Positions 62,953 to 64,000 of a stretch of DNA of 64,000 nt are shown here, piece by piece; the first letter of the stretch is position 1; each line of letters begins with the position of its first letter. The DNA comes from Callorhinchus milii. Its lineage: Eukaryota. A program made the position numbers and the translations under genes. Under the pieces are notes generated by a model. That model did no database searches. It was not told where the DNA came from and was given only the letters and a program-made list of their open reading frames with translations. The stretch spans positions 93,684,001-93,748,000 of the forward strand of contig NW_024704743.1 in NCBI RefSeq assembly GCF_018977255.1. The letters run 5' to 3'.

Positions 62953-64000
62953 GTACAAAAACAATCATTGCATTTCACAGTAAAAATCCCATGAAATGCT
63001 TTGAGACATCTTGACCATATAATAAAGTGCGATTTCAAATTCAAGGTTTATTATTAAAAACATGCTTATAGGTCAGAGCATGTGTTATTTGATTGTTAAT
63101 ACTAATATAAACAGTTGTACATAGACCTAAGTCTCTCAACTGCCTAATTCACAAAGTTGATAAAGATTCCATGGCATTCAATGTCATGATTTCATAAGAG
63201 AAGGGAGTTTCTCCTGGTGTGCTGTCCAACAATACTCTTGATTAATCAGTCATTCATAACAAATCATATTGTGATATTTGATTGGCATAAATAGCTGCCG
63301 CATTCGCTTAAATAAACATTCATAGCAATTAACTTGTGCAGCGAATAAAGTGCATTGTGTATCTCAACCAATAAAATACATTGTGGTTAAAAAAAGGGAT
63401 GTTTCATAACAGATTTGATGTGACAATCACCATTGAATTCTTCTAAGGCCAGTTTTGAAATGCATTCATTAATTCCGGGTAGTATTGGGACTGAAATGTC
63501 AGCACACTTTGCCAAATCTGCAGCAAGATGAACTCCAATCTAAGCCATACCCTTACTCTAACCAGCTCTAAATGCCCCATGTCCATCTTGAGGTCCACAA
63601 ATGCTCTACAAAACGGTGCCTTATCAACTTCATAAAGCAATTAAATATATACAGTAGCTATTTAATATCTACCAGCTCTCCTCACAGAAAATGTAATCTT
63701 CCATTTGCTATTGAATACAAGTCCATACCCCCTTGTAACCTGAGAAACATTGCGTCATTGTCCCTACAGGGAAATGTGTACCTGTCTGTTCTTAGGATTC
63801 TCAGGTGAAACTGTAAATGAAGCAACAAAAAAGAGGAAATTGTGCAATAATTCTTAGAGCCACTGGTGTTAATAAAGTGGCCAAACAGTATAGTGGGCGT
63901 GTAACCACTGAAAAAAAGTGCATACAACATAAATTGCATTTTCTGTACAGAAACCTTTATATGTCATTCTGACTTTCAGACTTTGGCTCCAAGGTGTTCT

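Overview
Vertebrate genomic DNA, AT-rich and dominated by repeats. The repeat complement (L2 and CR1 LINEs, SacSINE1-like Deu-domain SINEs, and a young tRNA-headed SINE with an L2-type 3' end) points to a cartilaginous fish, possibly a holocephalan (inference). Almost every ORF in the supplied track is a LINE/SINE fragment, the antisense shadow of one, or chance. I could not confidently identify any host gene. Best-supported items: a young, ~2.9 kb 5'-truncated L2 (APE endonuclease plus RT, three frameshifts) at 32688-35550; about 20 other L2 pieces; about 10 CR1 pieces; more than 20 SINE copies, several nested in each other; a non-autonomous Helitron (19496-19927) with all the expected terminal hallmarks; and an LTR-like segment (37617-37911). 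Weaker items: a CpG-retaining candidate promoter with ZNF143-type motifs (~49190-49500), two phase-compatible minus-strand candidate exons (9863-9931 and 12991-13029), an exon-shaped 363-nt frame broken only by two TGA codons (58491-58853), repeat-free enhancer-like blocks, and local duplications. The sequence alone does not support a claim of a new multi-gene system. Boundaries of decayed repeats are approximate, and repeat family names are from recall, not from a search.
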